Of a DNA stretch of 64,000 nt, positions 1 through 12,494 are shown one piece after another (the first letter of the stretch is position 1; the number at the start of each line of letters is the position of its first letter). A program made the position numbers and the translations under genes. The stretch is taken from the IMG/VR virus record IMGVR_UViG_3300042453_004683, positions 1 through 64,000 of that record; one strand, 5' to 3'. The notes under the pieces are model-generated. The model saw only the letters and a program-made list of their open reading frames with translations, had not been told where the DNA came from and made no database searches. Source of the stretch: a virus.

Positions 1-3000
1 ACGCCATGTAGTTGACGCCGAGGGGCTCGTTGTCGAGGATGCCGTTGCGGAGCCGGACGGCCGGCTCGATGGCGAGGGCGATCTGCTCCAGCCGCTTCGT
101 GCCGATGGAGGCGATGAAGTGCTTGGCGATGTCGTAGTCGTTGTCGGTGATCAGCGCGACGTTGCTACCGAGCCGGTTGCGCGCGCGGCCCTGCTTGTCG
201 CGTGCGGCGCGGATCACCTCCAGGATGCGCTTGCGACCGCGCTTGCCGACCTTGGCACGGTCGAGCCAGGTGCTCTCGGACTTGATGGCGACGCGCGCGA
301 GGGCGTTGGCGGCGATCTTCTTGGCGTCCTCGGCCTCGGCGCTGGTGCCGACAGGCGTGGAGGTGCCGGCAGCGCCGGGCTCGGCGGGCTTCACCGGCTG
401 GGGCGCCTTGCTCAGATCGAGACGCCGGGCCTCGATCTCCTGCTCCATCGCGTAGATCTTCTTGCGGAGGCTGGCGAGCCACTCGTTGTATTCGGTCTTT
501 GAGCGGACCTTGCGCAACTCATCCTCAACGCTCTGAATGGGCGCTCGGCCTTCCTTCGCTGCCGCGACGAAAGCCTCGACCGAAGCGTTGTCACCGCGCT
601 CAAGCGCGTCGAACGCAGGCAAGGGAAGATCCCCGATACGCGCCCACGCCTCGCGAGAGAAGTTGGGAAACACCCCTCGGCGATAAGAACTGACACCATC
701 CAAGGAGGGAACGCTGAGCTTGGCCCAGTTCACCGCCTCTTGCGCGGTCGCAATGTCGATTACGCCATCAGCGAACTTCTCAACGATGCGCACGGAAGCG
801 CGCAGCGCGATGATCCCCGCCTCGCGGATAGTGTCTGGCGTGAGCCCCTCAAAGGAATTAAGGATGCTACTGCTGACATGGGCCCCCATAAAGGTGCTGA
901 TCGGGGCTGCATCAAACCTGTCGGCAAGCGCGACCTGTTTCGGGTCCACCCCGGCCCTCTTGGCCGCGTATACAACGCCGCCGAGGCTCTGGCCGGGCTT
1001 CCACAAGCGCAACACGTCCGGCGCGTCAACCAGGAGGCGTCGCGTGATCTCCTCGTTCACGCGCGCCACACGTTCGGGCGAGACGTCCACGCCGTCGAAC
1101 ATGTCCACCACGACATCGTAGGCGTACCGGATCGTGTCCATGAAGGCGTCCGGCGTCAGCGCGGACTCCAGCACCTCCTCCGCCGTCTCGCTCGCCACGA
1201 GGCGCTGGATCCGCGCTGGCGCGAGCGCGTCGAGCACGTCCTGCGGGTCGCTGTTCTCGGCGAGGGCTTCCGCCAGGGCTGCCTCGTCGGAGGCAGCCAT
1301 CGACGCCAGGACCTCCTCGCCCTGCACGCCCACGTCGTCGGGGCCGCCGCGGAGGATCGCCCACGAGCCGTCGTTGAGACGGGCGACCTTGAGGTCCGTG
1401 GTCCTGCTGGTGCCGTCGCCGTAGTTCTCCAGCGACGCCGGCTCCACCATGTCGGCCGGGATGTCCATGTCGCCGAACAGGCGCGACTGGTCGTCTACGT
1501 CGGCGATGAACGTGGCGCGGTCGCGGTCGCGGAGGGCCGCCTTCGCCTTCTCGCGGCGGAGCGTGGCGCGGGCCGCGCGATCGACCTTCTCGCTGTCCAC
1601 GAGCGAGCGGAACGCGGCGAGACTCTGCTTCGCCTGCTCGGTGATCCGCGCCGGCGTGGTGTCGTCGTTGGCGAGGCCGGGCGCGACGAGGTTGTCCAGC
1701 TCGCGCTGGATGTTGTCGATGGCGGTCTTGTACTTGGCGATGTCCTCGGGGGAGGCGACCCGCGGCAGCCGGCTGATGCTGAGCAGGCGCTTGTCGCCAT
1801 TCTTGGCGTTGAGCGGCGCCCCGTCCACGTCGCGGAGGAGCCGACGCCAGCCGGCGCGGTCGACCGGCAGCTCGCCCTTGGCGGCCAGATCCTTGACGCG
1901 ATCACGGGCGGCAGCCAGGACTTCGAGACGCCGGGCGTAGTTGTTGGCGACGGCCACCGGCTCGGTCTTGGTGGTCGCCGGAGCCGCGCGCCGGACTGGA
2001 CCGGCCCCGCCGGGCAGGCCCTTCAGCGGGTAGATGGTCTCGCCCTTGACCTGGATGCTGAAGTTGTCGGCGTCGAGGACGTTCGGCGCCCACGCCTGGT
2101 CCGTGAGCAGGCGCCGGATGGGCGCGTCGCCGAGCATGGCCTCGGTGACGGCCAGCGCGTTGCGGTCCTCGCGGTCGAGGAGGTTGACCGCTTCCGGCGC
2201 GTCGGCGCGGAAGGAGCCTTCGGCTGCGCTTGATCGAGTTCTCTGCGATGCGGGCGTGCCCGTCGATGCAGGAGGATCAGGTGGCTGCGAGGTCCGAGAG
2301 ATTGGCGCAGGCGCAACCGGAATAGTAGGCGTCGACGGCGCGGTAGGCACGGACGAAGACGGAGAGGACTGCGGGAAGCCGGATCGACGGATGAATGCGT
2401 CGATATCTGCTTCCGACGGCGGCGGCGGTCGCTGCGGCAGAGGAGGCAAAGGCGCGCGGGGGACCGTCGTGGTGCGCGGCGCCGCAGGTGATGTTGGCGC
2501 TGCTTGTGGCGCGGGAGCAGGCGTCGGAGCCGGTGCCGGAGTGGGAGGCGGAGCCTGTGTAGGTGCTGAAGCGCGCGGAGTCGGAGCCGCGGAAGAAGTC
2601 GGGGGAGTTGACGGAGCGGCGCTCGGGTTCAGAGGCGCCTGCTCCAGCTCGGCGGCATTCTCGTAGTTCCCGGACAGAAGGTCCCTGCCGATCTGCTCCA
2701 GGCGCTCGGCGGCGGCCTCCCGGGCCACCCGGTCGCCCAGCCCTTCGAGGGCGGTGACCAGCGGTGCGCCCTCGCCCGTGGGCGCCTCGAAGGCGCCGGC
2801 GGCGGTCGACGGCGGCTGCGCCGCCCGCACGGGCGAGAGCCGGTTGATGCCCTTGGCGGCGCCCTTGATCGCCAGCGGCAGCGTGACGTCGGTGGCGAAG
2901 CCAGGGGCGAACAGCGAGGTGCCGAAGCCAGCGGCAGCGCCGAAGGCGGCGCCCGCCACGCGACCCGTCGTCTCCGCGTCCTGCGCGGCGTCGGAGTCGG

Positions 3001-4240
3001 CGCCCGCGTACGTCGCCAGCGCCCGCGCCATGCGGCCGCCGAGCGTGCCGTAGGTGCGGCCGAGGCGCTCGACGGGCTCGTCGCCCATCGACATCGACCG
3101 ACCGATCTGGTAGGGGATGTCCGTGAGGCTGACGTCCTTACCGCGCCGGTAGTCAGTGAGCACCTTGCTGGTGCCGGCGCCGGCGCCGATGGCGGCGGAC
3201 ATGATCAGGTCGTCGAACTTGAACACCTTGTCGGCCGTCGTCTTGTCCATGACGACCAGGTTGCCCTTGGTGTCGAGCCCGATGACGTGAACGGCGTTGT
3301 CCTTGACGGCCGTGAGCGCCGCGCGACCGAGCCGCCCCTGGCGAACGTAGTCCTCGTACGTGTCGCCGGTGAGCGCGCTCTGCGGGAAGACGATGCCGAG
3401 GTCGCCGAAGGCGCCGCCCGGAAGCTCCCGCCCGCGGACGGCGAGGCCGACGGCCAGCCGGAGCGCCCGCTTGTTGAGCTTGTCGAACTCGTCCGCCGGA
3501 AGCTGCGTGGGATCGGTCAGGCCGCGGTCCTTGATCAACCCTTCCAGGATCCGGCGCTTGCTCTCCGCCAGCGTGAGGTTCGGGTCCATCGAGAGGTAGG
3601 ACTGCGCGATGTCCGGGTTCTTGGCGGCGAAGTCCTCGGCGTCCTTGATGAACTGCTTGAAGGCCGGGCTGCTCTTGCTGGCGAGCCCGCCGAAGGCGGT
3701 GTCGGGGTCGGTGAAGATGGTGTTGGTCGTGACGGGCCGAATGCCGCCGGGCTCTGCCTTCTCGACCTCGCGCTCGTCCAGCTCCAGCGAGCGGAAGTCG
3801 CGGTCGCCCGGGTTGATGTACGGGCGCAGATCGACGCCGGCGGTGCGCTCCAGGTCGGCTGGCGCGACGCCGAGGGAGGCGGCCGCGGTGGTGATCACCT
3901 GCGCGGTGTCGATGCTCTGGCCCTGCTCGCGAGCCCGCCGGGCGGTGTCGTAGACGGTCCGCCGCGCGGTGCTGGTGGAGATGGTCGGCGCGGCGGAGGG
4001 CTTGTCGGTGATCCGCGTCTTGATGGGGGCGAGCCCGGGCAGATCCCGGACGACGGGGCGCACGGCGGGAGCGGCGGTTGAGGCGGGCTCCGTCGCCACC
4101 TCGACCGGCTGCGCCTCGACCACCGGGGCTTCGACTGTCGGCTTGACGGGCTCCGCCGCGGGCGGCGCGGCGGGTGCTTCCACCTTGACCGGATCGGGCG
4201 TGAGCTTGGTCTTGAGGGGCGGCAGGCCAGGAAGGGACAC
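1..4240 (-). CDS. Giant putative internal virion/ejection protein (>1400 aa, 3' end outside window)
   Basis: GTG at 4240 with GGAG RBS (MSLPGLPPLKTKLTPDPVKV...). Frame checked open by hand at 480-1020, 2220-2700 and the left edge; the track reports no stop-terminated ORF in this frame. Last gene of the virion operon in the window. Confidence 0.85.
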   Translation of the reverse strand, partial: MSLPGLPPLKTKLTPDPVKVEAPAAPPAAEPVKPTVEAPVVEAQPVEVATEPASTAAPAVRPVVRDLPGLAPIKTRITDKPSAAPTISTSTARRTVYDTARRAREQGQSIDTAQVITTAAASLGVAPADLERTAGVDLRPYINPGDRDFRSLELDEREVEKAEPGGIRPVTTNTIFTDPDTAFGGLASKSSPAFKQFIKDAEDFAAKNPDIAQSYLSMDPNLTLAESKRRILEGLIKDRGLTDPTQLPADEFDKLNKRALRLAVGLAVRGRELPGGAFGDLGIVFPQSALTGDTYEDYVRQGRLGRAALTAVKDNAVHVIGLDTKGNLVVMDKTTADKVFKFDDLIMSAAIGAGAGTSKVLTDYRRGKDVSLTDIPYQIGRSMSMGDEPVERLGRTYGTLGGRMARALATYAGADSDAAQDAETTGRVAGAAFGAAAGFGTSLFAPGFATDVTLPLAIKGAAKGINRLSPVRAAQPPSTAAGAFEAPTGEGAPLVTALEGLGDRVAREAAAERLEQIGRDLLSGNYENAAELEQAPLNPSAAPSTPPTSSAAPTPRASAPTQAPPPTPAPAPTPAPAPQAAPTSPAAPRTTTVPRAPLPPLPQRPPPPSEADIDAFIRRSGFPQSSPSSSVPTAPSTPTIPVAPAPISRTSQPPDPPASTGTPASQRTRSSAAEGSFRADAPEAVNLLDREDRNALAVTEAMLGDAPIRRLLTDQAWAPNVLDADNFSIQVKGETIYPLKGLPGGAGPVRRAAPATTKTEPVAVANNYARRLEVLAAARDRVKDLAAKGELPVDRAGWRRLLRDVDGAPLNAKNGDKRLLSISRLPRVASPEDIAKYKTAIDNIQRELDNLVAPGLANDDTTPARITEQAKQSLAAFRSLVDSEKVDRAARATLRREKAKAALRDRDRATFIADVDDQSRLFGDMDIPADMVEPASLENYGDGTSRTTDLKVARLNDGSWAILRGGPDDVGVQGEEVLASMAASDEAALAEALAENSDPQDVLDALAPARIQRLVASETAEEVLESALTPDAFMDTIRYAYDVVVDMFDGVDVSPERVARVNEEITRRLLVDAPDVLRLWKPGQSLGGVVYAAKRAGVDPKQVALADRFDAAPISTFMGAHVSSSILNSFEGLTPDTIREAGIIALRASVRIVEKFADGVIDIATAQEAVNWAKLSVPSLDGVSSYRRGVFPNFSREAWARIGDLPLPAFDALERGDNASVEAFVAAAKEGRAPIQSVEDELRKVRSKTEYNEWLASLRKKIYAMEQEIEARRLDLSKAPQPVKPAEPGAAGTSTPVGTSAEAEDAKKIAANALARVAIKSESTWLDRAKVGKRGRKRILEVIRAARDKQGRARNRLGSNVALITDNDYDIAKHFIASIGTKRLEQIALAIEPAVRLRNGILDNEPLGVNYMA

Positions 4241-4289
4241 GCGGCGCTCCAGTCGGCGCCTCTATGCTAACCCGTTCGGCCCCTCGACG

Positions 4290-4621
4290 CTACCCCCGCT
4301 TCGGCCTCGGCGCGATGGGCGCGCGCCGGCCAGCGTCCTTGGCGGCCACTCCGCCAGGCGCTGCACGGGTGCTCGGGGTCTTGTCCTTGTCGACCACCTT
4401 CGTCGGCCGGCAGTACTCGCTGTCGCCGCCCGCGCCGCACGGCTTCCCCGTCTTGGTATCCTTCCACTCCTCCTTCGTCCAGCGCCGTAGGCTCTCGCCC
4501 TTCTCGCCCTTGCGGACGTCGCCGCGCTGCTTGCGGCACTTGGCGACCGCCTGGCTGGCACGCGCCGACGGCCACACCGCGTACTCGGCCTTGATCTTCC
4601 GGGTACACTCGTCGTCGGCCA

Positions 4622-4625
<4 letters not shown>
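4290..4625 (-). CDS. Small basic Cys-containing protein, DUF5872-like
   Basis: WPSARAS...LRRWTKEEWKDTKTGKPCG...YCRPTKVV..KTP resembles the recalled DUF5872 pattern; overlaps the stop of the upstream gene. Confidence 0.65.
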
Positions 4626-5913
<1,288 letters not shown>

Positions 5914-5914
<1 letters not shown>

Positions 5915-8900
5915 CAGACGATCCTCGTGCGCTGGTTGGCCGTCGCGAGCGGGATCGCGTCGCCGCGCTGCCCGCCGAGGAGGCGCTTGAACACGTCGCG
6001 CTCGCCCGGACGCTGGAGGGCGCCGACGTCGGTGCCGCCACCAAGATCTTTGATGAGGGCGTCCTCAAACGATCGCGGGTCGATCCCCTCAACAGGCGTC
6101 TTTCGCGGGGGCTCTCCCGGCTCAGGAGCGTACAACGGGTTGTCGTCCGGCTTCGGCGGCTGCGGCATCCTGACAGAGCGCGTGGGAACGTCAGCAGACG
6201 GCGCCTCGTCGCTCCCACCGACCACACGTTCGCGAGCAACGGGCGAGGGATCCTTCTCACGGATGCCGGGCAGACCGCGGCGAATGGTGGCTCCCGCGGG
6301 GCCGGGTTCCGCCACCCGAACGGGAGCCTTCACCTCGGGCAGCGTGTCTGCGCCGCCAAACGCGCGACGCACCAGGAAGGACCGCTCACGGGTCGCGGCG
6401 CGGTCGCCCTTGAAGTACGCGCGGAGCCGGTCGGTGACGCGGACCACCTCGTCGGGGCCCTTGCCAGAGGCGGCGAGGATCCGCTGGCGCTTGCTCTCCG
6501 CGGCGTCGGCACGGATGCGCCGAAGATCGCTCGCAGCCTGCTGAGCGGGCGTCTGCGTGGCACGCACGGACGGGGCGCCTTCGGGTGACTTCGCCGCTTT
6601 CACGGCGTCCCACTGTGCCACGGCGGCGTCCAGCATCTCATCGACATCCGGCTGCGGCGCGCGGGCGCGAACGTCGTCGGCGCGCTCCATCAGGCGCGCG
6701 ACCCGCCTGTAGCTGGACAGCGGGATGTCCTTGCCGGCGTCGATATCCGCCTGCTGCCGCTTCCGCTCGTCCTCGATGCGGCTCTCCAGCCCGGCCAGCC
6801 GCTGCGACGGCAACGGCGTCCCGATCGGTTCATCGCTCGCGGCGATGCGGAGCCGCTCCCGCACACCTTCCGCAGTGATCCGCTCGTCGCTGCGGGCGTC
6901 CTCGCCCGTGCGGCGGTACAGGCTCGCCTCGGCCGCGAGCTGCTCCGGGGACATGCCCTCGGCCTGCCGCTCGAACCGCTCCTTCTGCCGCTCGACGCGC
7001 TCGGCCTTGGCGCGCTCCTTCGACGCCTCACTCCGCCCCGAGAACCGGATGGCCGCGTTCGGGTTGGCGGGTTCGCCGAAGGTGGCGCGGAGTTCGCCCT
7101 GCCCGCCGCGGCCCACGATGCCGTCGACGGGGACGCTCTCGACGATCTTGTCCTGCTTGATGACGCGGACGTCGCCGTCGTCGGTGACGACGATCGCCTC
7201 GTCAGGGAGCGCCTGGAGGGCGTACTTGGCCGGCGTCGGCTTGCGGATCCCCTTCACCGTGCGGGTCTTGGGAGGCTCGTCGACGATCTCCAGGCTCTTG
7301 TCGGAGGACAGCGGGTCGAGCGCGTCTTGCGGATCGAGCGCGTCCCGGTCGGCATCGGCCTGCGAGGCGGGCTTCTTGATGAAGTCGGCGACCTCGCGGA
7401 TCGCAGCGTCCGCACCCGCGTCGGTCACCTGGCGGAACTCGCCGCCGTCCTCGCTGTACTCCGCCTTGCCGTCCACGATGCGGTAGCGGTACCCGTCGTC
7501 GGGCTTGCGCGGATCGGTGAACACCTCGCCGTCCTCGACGTTGCGCGGCGTTCGGTAGCCTGCGCGCATCTCACGCGCGATGTCCACCGGTGCGTAGGCG
7601 CTCTCCTCCTCGCGCATCTTGACCCCGCTCTCCGCGGCGGCCTCGCTCGCCTCCCTCATGCTGAGGCTGAACCCGGAGAACCCTCCGTAGGCATCAATCA
7701 GGTCGGTGACCTGCTTCGACGCCTCAGCGTCGCTACCAGCACGCAGCCGCCCGACCAGCGGACGAACGGCGACCTGCTCGCCCGAGGTGTCCACGATGGC
7801 CGCCCGCTCGGGTTCGCCGGCTGCCTCCATCTCCTCGCGGGGGATGGACGTGACCGGTTTGCCCTGCAAGTACCGGATGGCGACGTCGCTGCCCTCGTTG
7901 TAGAAGTATTCGACGCCAGGCTTCTTCCCCTGCACGAACATGATCGGGGGCGCGACGCGCGCCTCGATCTCCTCGCGGGTCAGGAACTTCCCCGTCTCCT
8001 TGTCCTTGATGTACTTGCCGGCGTACTGGTGCTCCTCGTCAAACGCCTTGGCGGCGGCGCTGCCCGGCGCGATGTCCTCCTCGAACTGGACGTACTCGTC
8101 GCGGCCAGCGTGCTTGCCCATCATCGGCGGCTTCTTGCGAAGCACCTGCTTGATGTACTCGGCGGTCGCTTCGTAGTCGTCGAAGCCGGGGACGAAGTTG
8201 CCGTCCGCGTCTTTCGTGCCGACGTTCGGGAAGCCGTGCGAGCGCGCCCACGCCTGGAAGGACGGCGACGCGGCGAGCTGGTCCTGGGGCGACGCCTTCT
8301 CGGTGGTCAGCGCCGTCTTGAAGTAGTCGACCGCCTCCTTCGTCAGCCGGTAGCCTTCCAGCGTGTCCAGCGCCTCCTGCTGGAGCTGCGCGACGGCCAC
8401 GTCGTCGAAGCCCGGCAGGCGCTCCTTCAGGCGCGCCTCCGCCTCTTGCGAGGCGGCCATCGCCGCGGCGGCGATCTCGCTGCCCGTCATCTCCGGGCCG
8501 AACACGCTGCCGACGACGCGGAGGTCCTCGTCGATGGTGCGGTCCAGATCGCTGAGGGTGCCGAACGTCTGCTTGGCGCGCTGCCAACCCACGACAGCCG
8601 CGTCCTGCGCCGTTCGCGACGTGCTACCTGCTTCGCCGAGGCGCTTCCTGAACTCCGCCTCGCTGATCTGGTAGACGTCGGTGATGTCGACGTTTGCCGC
8701 CTGAAGTGCGCCCGAGAACGTCGCCGGGAGCGCCGCACTACCGACGTCGGTGTCGCCGAGCAGGGCGCTCTTGGTCAGAGCGGGTACGATGTCCGCGAGC
8801 GCAGCGTCAACGCCATTCGTCGTGTACTCCGCGCGCACCTTCGCAACCGTCGCCTGGTCGCCGGTGGCCGCTCGCGTGGCGAGCGCCGTCCGCGCCTGGA

Positions 8901-9219
8901 GCAGCGCCTCCTGCTGGTTCTGGAGCGCGCGGATCTGCGCTTCCTGGATGTTGCCCGTCATCGTGGAGAGCGTGCCGAGCAGCTTGTTTCGGACAGCGAA
9001 CAGGTCCGACCAGACCTTCGCCTCCGACTGGAGCCGCTTCGCCTGCGTCACCGCACCCGTGGCGTGGTAGTCCTCCAGGATCTTCAGCGCGTTGTTGTAC
9101 GCGCCGACGATCACCTTGTCGCTCGTCGCCAGCCCCGACAGGTTGCCAGGGCTCTCCAGCGCGGCGGGGGCGTTGGTGACGACCCAGCCGTCCCACCAAT
9201 GAGGGAAGGTAGTGCTCAT
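5914..9219 (-). CDS. Large putative internal virion/ejection protein, 1101 aa
   Basis: Helical, Ala/Glu-rich, phage-like codon usage, GGAGG RBS; follows the small ejection-type protein. Confidence 0.75.
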
Positions 9220-9222
9220 GTG

Positions 9223-9882
9223 CTACTGCCTCCCGAAGTAGCGGACCAGATCGGCCATCGCTGCCGGCGGGAGGGTTCCGAGCCCGGGCGCGTCGTTATT
9301 GGTCTGGCCGAGCGCCGCGCGGAGCGCCGCAGCCTCCTCACGGTCGCGCTCCATCCCGTAGGTCTTGAGGCCCGTGCTGACCCCCGTGGCCGCGACGTCG
9401 GTGAGAACGTCGGCAGCGCGCTGCTGCGCTGCAAGGTTCATGCCCTGCGCCTGCGCGAACAGGTTGCGGGCCGTCGCCTGCCGCTGCTGGCCGACCTGCT
9501 GGCTCTCCGCGCGGACGCGGGCCGCCGTCTCCGCCCCCATCTGCGCCCGCTCGCGGGACATCAGCGCCCGGGAGGCGTCCATCGCGCCGCCGCGCCCGGT
9601 GCCCTGCGCCGCGGCCTGCCGCATCGCGTCGTCGCGGAGCGGGGCAGCGGCAGCCTCGGCCGCGCGCATCTCGCCGGCGACCAGCTCCCGCTTCTTCTGC
9701 GGGGTGTAGCCCCAGCCGTGACGCTTGCCGCGCGCCATCATGGACTGCGCGTCCTTGGTCATCTGCTGACGCATCTGACGCTGTGCGCGCGCAGCCGGAG
9801 TGAGGGCAGCGATCCCCTGCCCGAGTCCCTGGATGCCAGCGGCGACACCGCCTGCAATCAGAGCTGAAGCGATGGCAGACAA
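9223..9882 (-). CDS. Small ejection/DNA-transfer-type virion protein (P22 gp7 / T7 gp14-like position)
   Basis: Gly/Ala hydrophobic N-terminus (AIASALIAGGVAAGIQGLGQG) followed by a Gln/Arg/Met-rich helix; TTG start with AGGAGG RBS. Confidence 0.7.
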   Translation of the reverse strand: MSAIASALIAGGVAAGIQGLGQGIAALTPAARAQRQMRQQMTKDAQSMMARGKRHGWGYTPQKKRELVAGEMRAAEAAAAPLRDDAMRQAAAQGTGRGGAMDASRALMSRERAQMGAETAARVRAESQQVGQQRQATARNLFAQAQGMNLAAQQRAADVLTDVAATGVSTGLKTYGMERDREEAAALRAALGQTNNDAPGLGTLPPAAMADLVRYFGRQ

Positions 9883-9903
9883 GGAACCACCTCCTGCGTC
9901 CTG

Positions 9904-9917
9904 GGCAGCCTATCACG
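9904..9917 (-). promoter_or_regulatory. Putative late promoter motif CGTGATAGGCTGCC (extended -10)
   Basis: Same motif at 18655-18668 and 22132-22145; each copy precedes morphogenesis genes. Confidence 0.6.
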
Positions 9918-9941
9918 ATCTGGCCGGACGCGCCACCTGGG

Positions 9942-10844
9942 CTACGAGGCGGGCGACCCGATCGCCAGGTACGACACCGATCGATGCCCGATCGTGAGCC
10001 GCGGGTACAGCGCGACCGTCGCGGCCTCCTTGACGATCGCCTGCCGGATCACCGCCGTGTACTTGTCGGTGTTCTGCGACCCGGCCCAGTCGTCGCCGAG
10101 CGGCTGCTGGATGAAGGCGCGGAACTCCAGCGTGTTCATGCCCGCCTTCGCCTGTCCCGCGCTGACGCCGCCGGGGACGACGAACGCGCCCGCGTGGCTG
10201 TGGGCACGGACGTCCTCGTAGTTGGAGATCCGACCTCCGCGCGTCTCCCGCGTCTCCGGCGCCGTCCCCACGCCGTTGATCACCTCGACGTGGGCGGACG
10301 CGCCGAACTTGATCCGGTGCGCCTCCAAGAGCGTCCCGTTCCAGTACACGTCGAGGTACATGTTGGCGCCAGCCGCGCGCTGGAAGATGAAGTCGCCGAG
10401 GGCATCGGCAGGGGTCGCGGGAGGGCCCGCCGACGGCGCGACGTACTGGTAGCCCTGCTCCATAGCGACCAGCCGCCAGGCGGCCGCGTGGAAGGCGTAG
10501 GAGACGCGGAGGTAGGCGGGCTGCCAGGGCAGCCGGATCCGCGCGCCGAAGCCCATGCACACGGGCTCGTTCTCGTCGTTGCCGGTGAGCGTGGCGCTGA
10601 AGGCCCGCTGCGTCCGCTTGTGGATCTCACCGCCGAGCATCACGATCTCACCCGGCGCGACATGCTCGGGGGCGTGCGTGAACCCGGACGCGAAGTTGCC
10701 TCCCGCCCCGACGCCCGACAGGGAGCCGTTCACGACGCTGTAGAGCCCCTCCTCGGCCGTGTCCGAGTAGAGGTTGTCGCCGTGACCGGACGCGCTGAGC
10801 ACCGACCCGTTCGGGTAGTTGTGCGTGAGTACGACTTCAGGCAT
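9942..10844 (-). CDS. Putative tail protein, 300 aa
   Basis: Beta-rich composition; translationally coupled within the tail cluster. Confidence 0.65.
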   Translation of the reverse strand: MPEVVLTHNYPNGSVLSASGHGDNLYSDTAEEGLYSVVNGSLSGVGAGGNFASGFTHAPEHVAPGEIVMLGGEIHKRTQRAFSATLTGNDENEPVCMGFGARIRLPWQPAYLRVSYAFHAAAWRLVAMEQGYQYVAPSAGPPATPADALGDFIFQRAAGANMYLDVYWNGTLLEAHRIKFGASAHVEVINGVGTAPETRETRGGRISNYEDVRAHSHAGAFVVPGGVSAGQAKAGMNTLEFRAFIQQPLGDDWAGSQNTDKYTAVIRQAIVKEAATVALYPRLTIGHRSVSYLAIGSPAS

Positions 10845-12493
10845 CAGGCGCCTCGCAGGTAGGTCGCGGTGATCACGACATGGGTGTATTCCATACGGAC
10901 CACAGCGGTGCTGCTGAAGTTGACGTTGGCGGCGACGACGAAGAAGTTGGAGATGTTACTGCCGAGGAGGACCGTGCGGGTGTCGATCACGGCGTAGAGC
11001 GCGACGTCCAGCTCGTCGTCGACGAGGCCGGCGATGTCCTCTGAGTTCGGGAAGTACGTGACGTCGGTGTTGTTCACGGCCGTCGCCGCGCGCGACACGA
11101 ACCGGATGGACGAGTCTATCACCGTCGTCGAGCCGCCCGCCGTGTACGCGATGGCGAGCCCGCACAGCGGGGACAGCGACCCGATCGCCGCCGCGTTGAT
11201 GGTGTCGCGCGCCAGCTTGTCGATGTGAACGCGCGCGCGGACCTCCAAGATCCCGGCGTAGGTGGACGTCGGGAAGGTCGAGCCCACGTTTGGTGTGCAG
11301 TAGATCACCGAGCCGGTGTCGTCTTGGAGCGCGGTCCAGTTGGTCGTGCCAGTCAGGTTGACCAACTCGACCGTGTTCGACGTCTCGCTGTTCAGCCAGT
11401 TCTTGATGGTCACCGTCGTCGAAGGTGGGTGCGCCCACGTCTCGTAGCCGTAGATCGGCGTACTCGACGACAGTGGGGTCGGCGGCGCGAGGTGCTCGCG
11501 GACCAGCGCGAATTCGGCGAGGGAGTCCTCGCTGATGTCGTTCAGCGCCGTCTCGATCCGCTCCACGTTGTTCGTGAACACCGTGGCCTGCGACAACGTG
11601 TCGCCTTCGACCAGGCCGGCGAGGCTCACGGACACGAGGCTGGACCGCTCGCGCACGGGCTCGTTGTGCAGCCGGGTCAGGAGTGCGACGCGCGATAGGA
11701 GGCCCACGCAGTCGTCCTCGACGAACCGCTGCTGGTCCACCCGCGGCACCCGGCGGGCGACGATCTCGACGAGGTGAGGCCCCGGCGCGATGTTCACCTG
11801 CGCTTCCAGCGGCACCACCATCATCGGCTGGCCCGGCGACATACTCGCCTGCGCTTTCCGCGAGATGAAGCCCGGGAACCGGGTGCCCGGGATCTGGACG
11901 GATGGGTCGGCGCGGATGCCCCAGAAGTCGCGCCAGGTCGCGTTGAAGATGCCGCTGACGTAGACGATCTCGCCGTCCACCCGGATGCCAAGCTGGAACG
12001 CCGGCGGCTCGTTCATCCGGTAGTATTCGTCGAGTGCGGCGTCCGTCCACGCCAGGAGGTCGCAGGCGTAGGCGTGCGCGGGCTCGCCGCCGCCGGGCTC
12101 GAAGCCGGCCCACACGTACTGGTAGTTCGCCGTGATGAGGAGCTGCTCGAAGCCGCTGTCGAACTCGGTGAAGGCGTCAACCGTCTCCCACTGGAGCGTG
12201 TTGGCGATGATGTGGACGCCGGTCAGCGCCTCCAGTTCGGCGCGCGTCTCCGGCGGCGGGTTGTGCGGCGGGGCGCCAGCGTCGTAGAAGCCGAACGGGA
12301 CGCTGCTCTCGATGACGTCGAACGTGAAGAAGGCGTCGTCGTCAGCCGGCAGACCACCTGCGGTGGAGGCGATGTTCACCTCGTTGACACGCCCGGCCAG
12401 CAGCTCCGCCGGCGGCGCGATGTCCCGGATGAACTCGTCCGTGTCGAACGTCTCGTTGGCGATCGGGATCCGCCGCGGGAAGATGTAAGGCAT
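10844..12493 (-). CDS. Putative tail protein, 549 aa
   Basis: Beta-rich; directly downstream of the nozzle-like gene. Confidence 0.65.
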   Translation of the reverse strand: MPYIFPRRIPIANETFDTDEFIRDIAPPAELLAGRVNEVNIASTAGGLPADDDAFFTFDVIESSVPFGFYDAGAPPHNPPPETRAELEALTGVHIIANTLQWETVDAFTEFDSGFEQLLITANYQYVWAGFEPGGGEPAHAYACDLLAWTDAALDEYYRMNEPPAFQLGIRVDGEIVYVSGIFNATWRDFWGIRADPSVQIPGTRFPGFISRKAQASMSPGQPMMVVPLEAQVNIAPGPHLVEIVARRVPRVDQQRFVEDDCVGLLSRVALLTRLHNEPVRERSSLVSVSLAGLVEGDTLSQATVFTNNVERIETALNDISEDSLAEFALVREHLAPPTPLSSSTPIYGYETWAHPPSTTVTIKNWLNSETSNTVELVNLTGTTNWTALQDDTGSVIYCTPNVGSTFPTSTYAGILEVRARVHIDKLARDTINAAAIGSLSPLCGLAIAYTAGGSTTVIDSSIRFVSRAATAVNNTDVTYFPNSEDIAGLVDDELDVALYAVIDTRTVLLGSNISNFFVVAANVNFSSTAVVRMEYTHVVITATYLRGA

Positions 12494-12494
12494 C

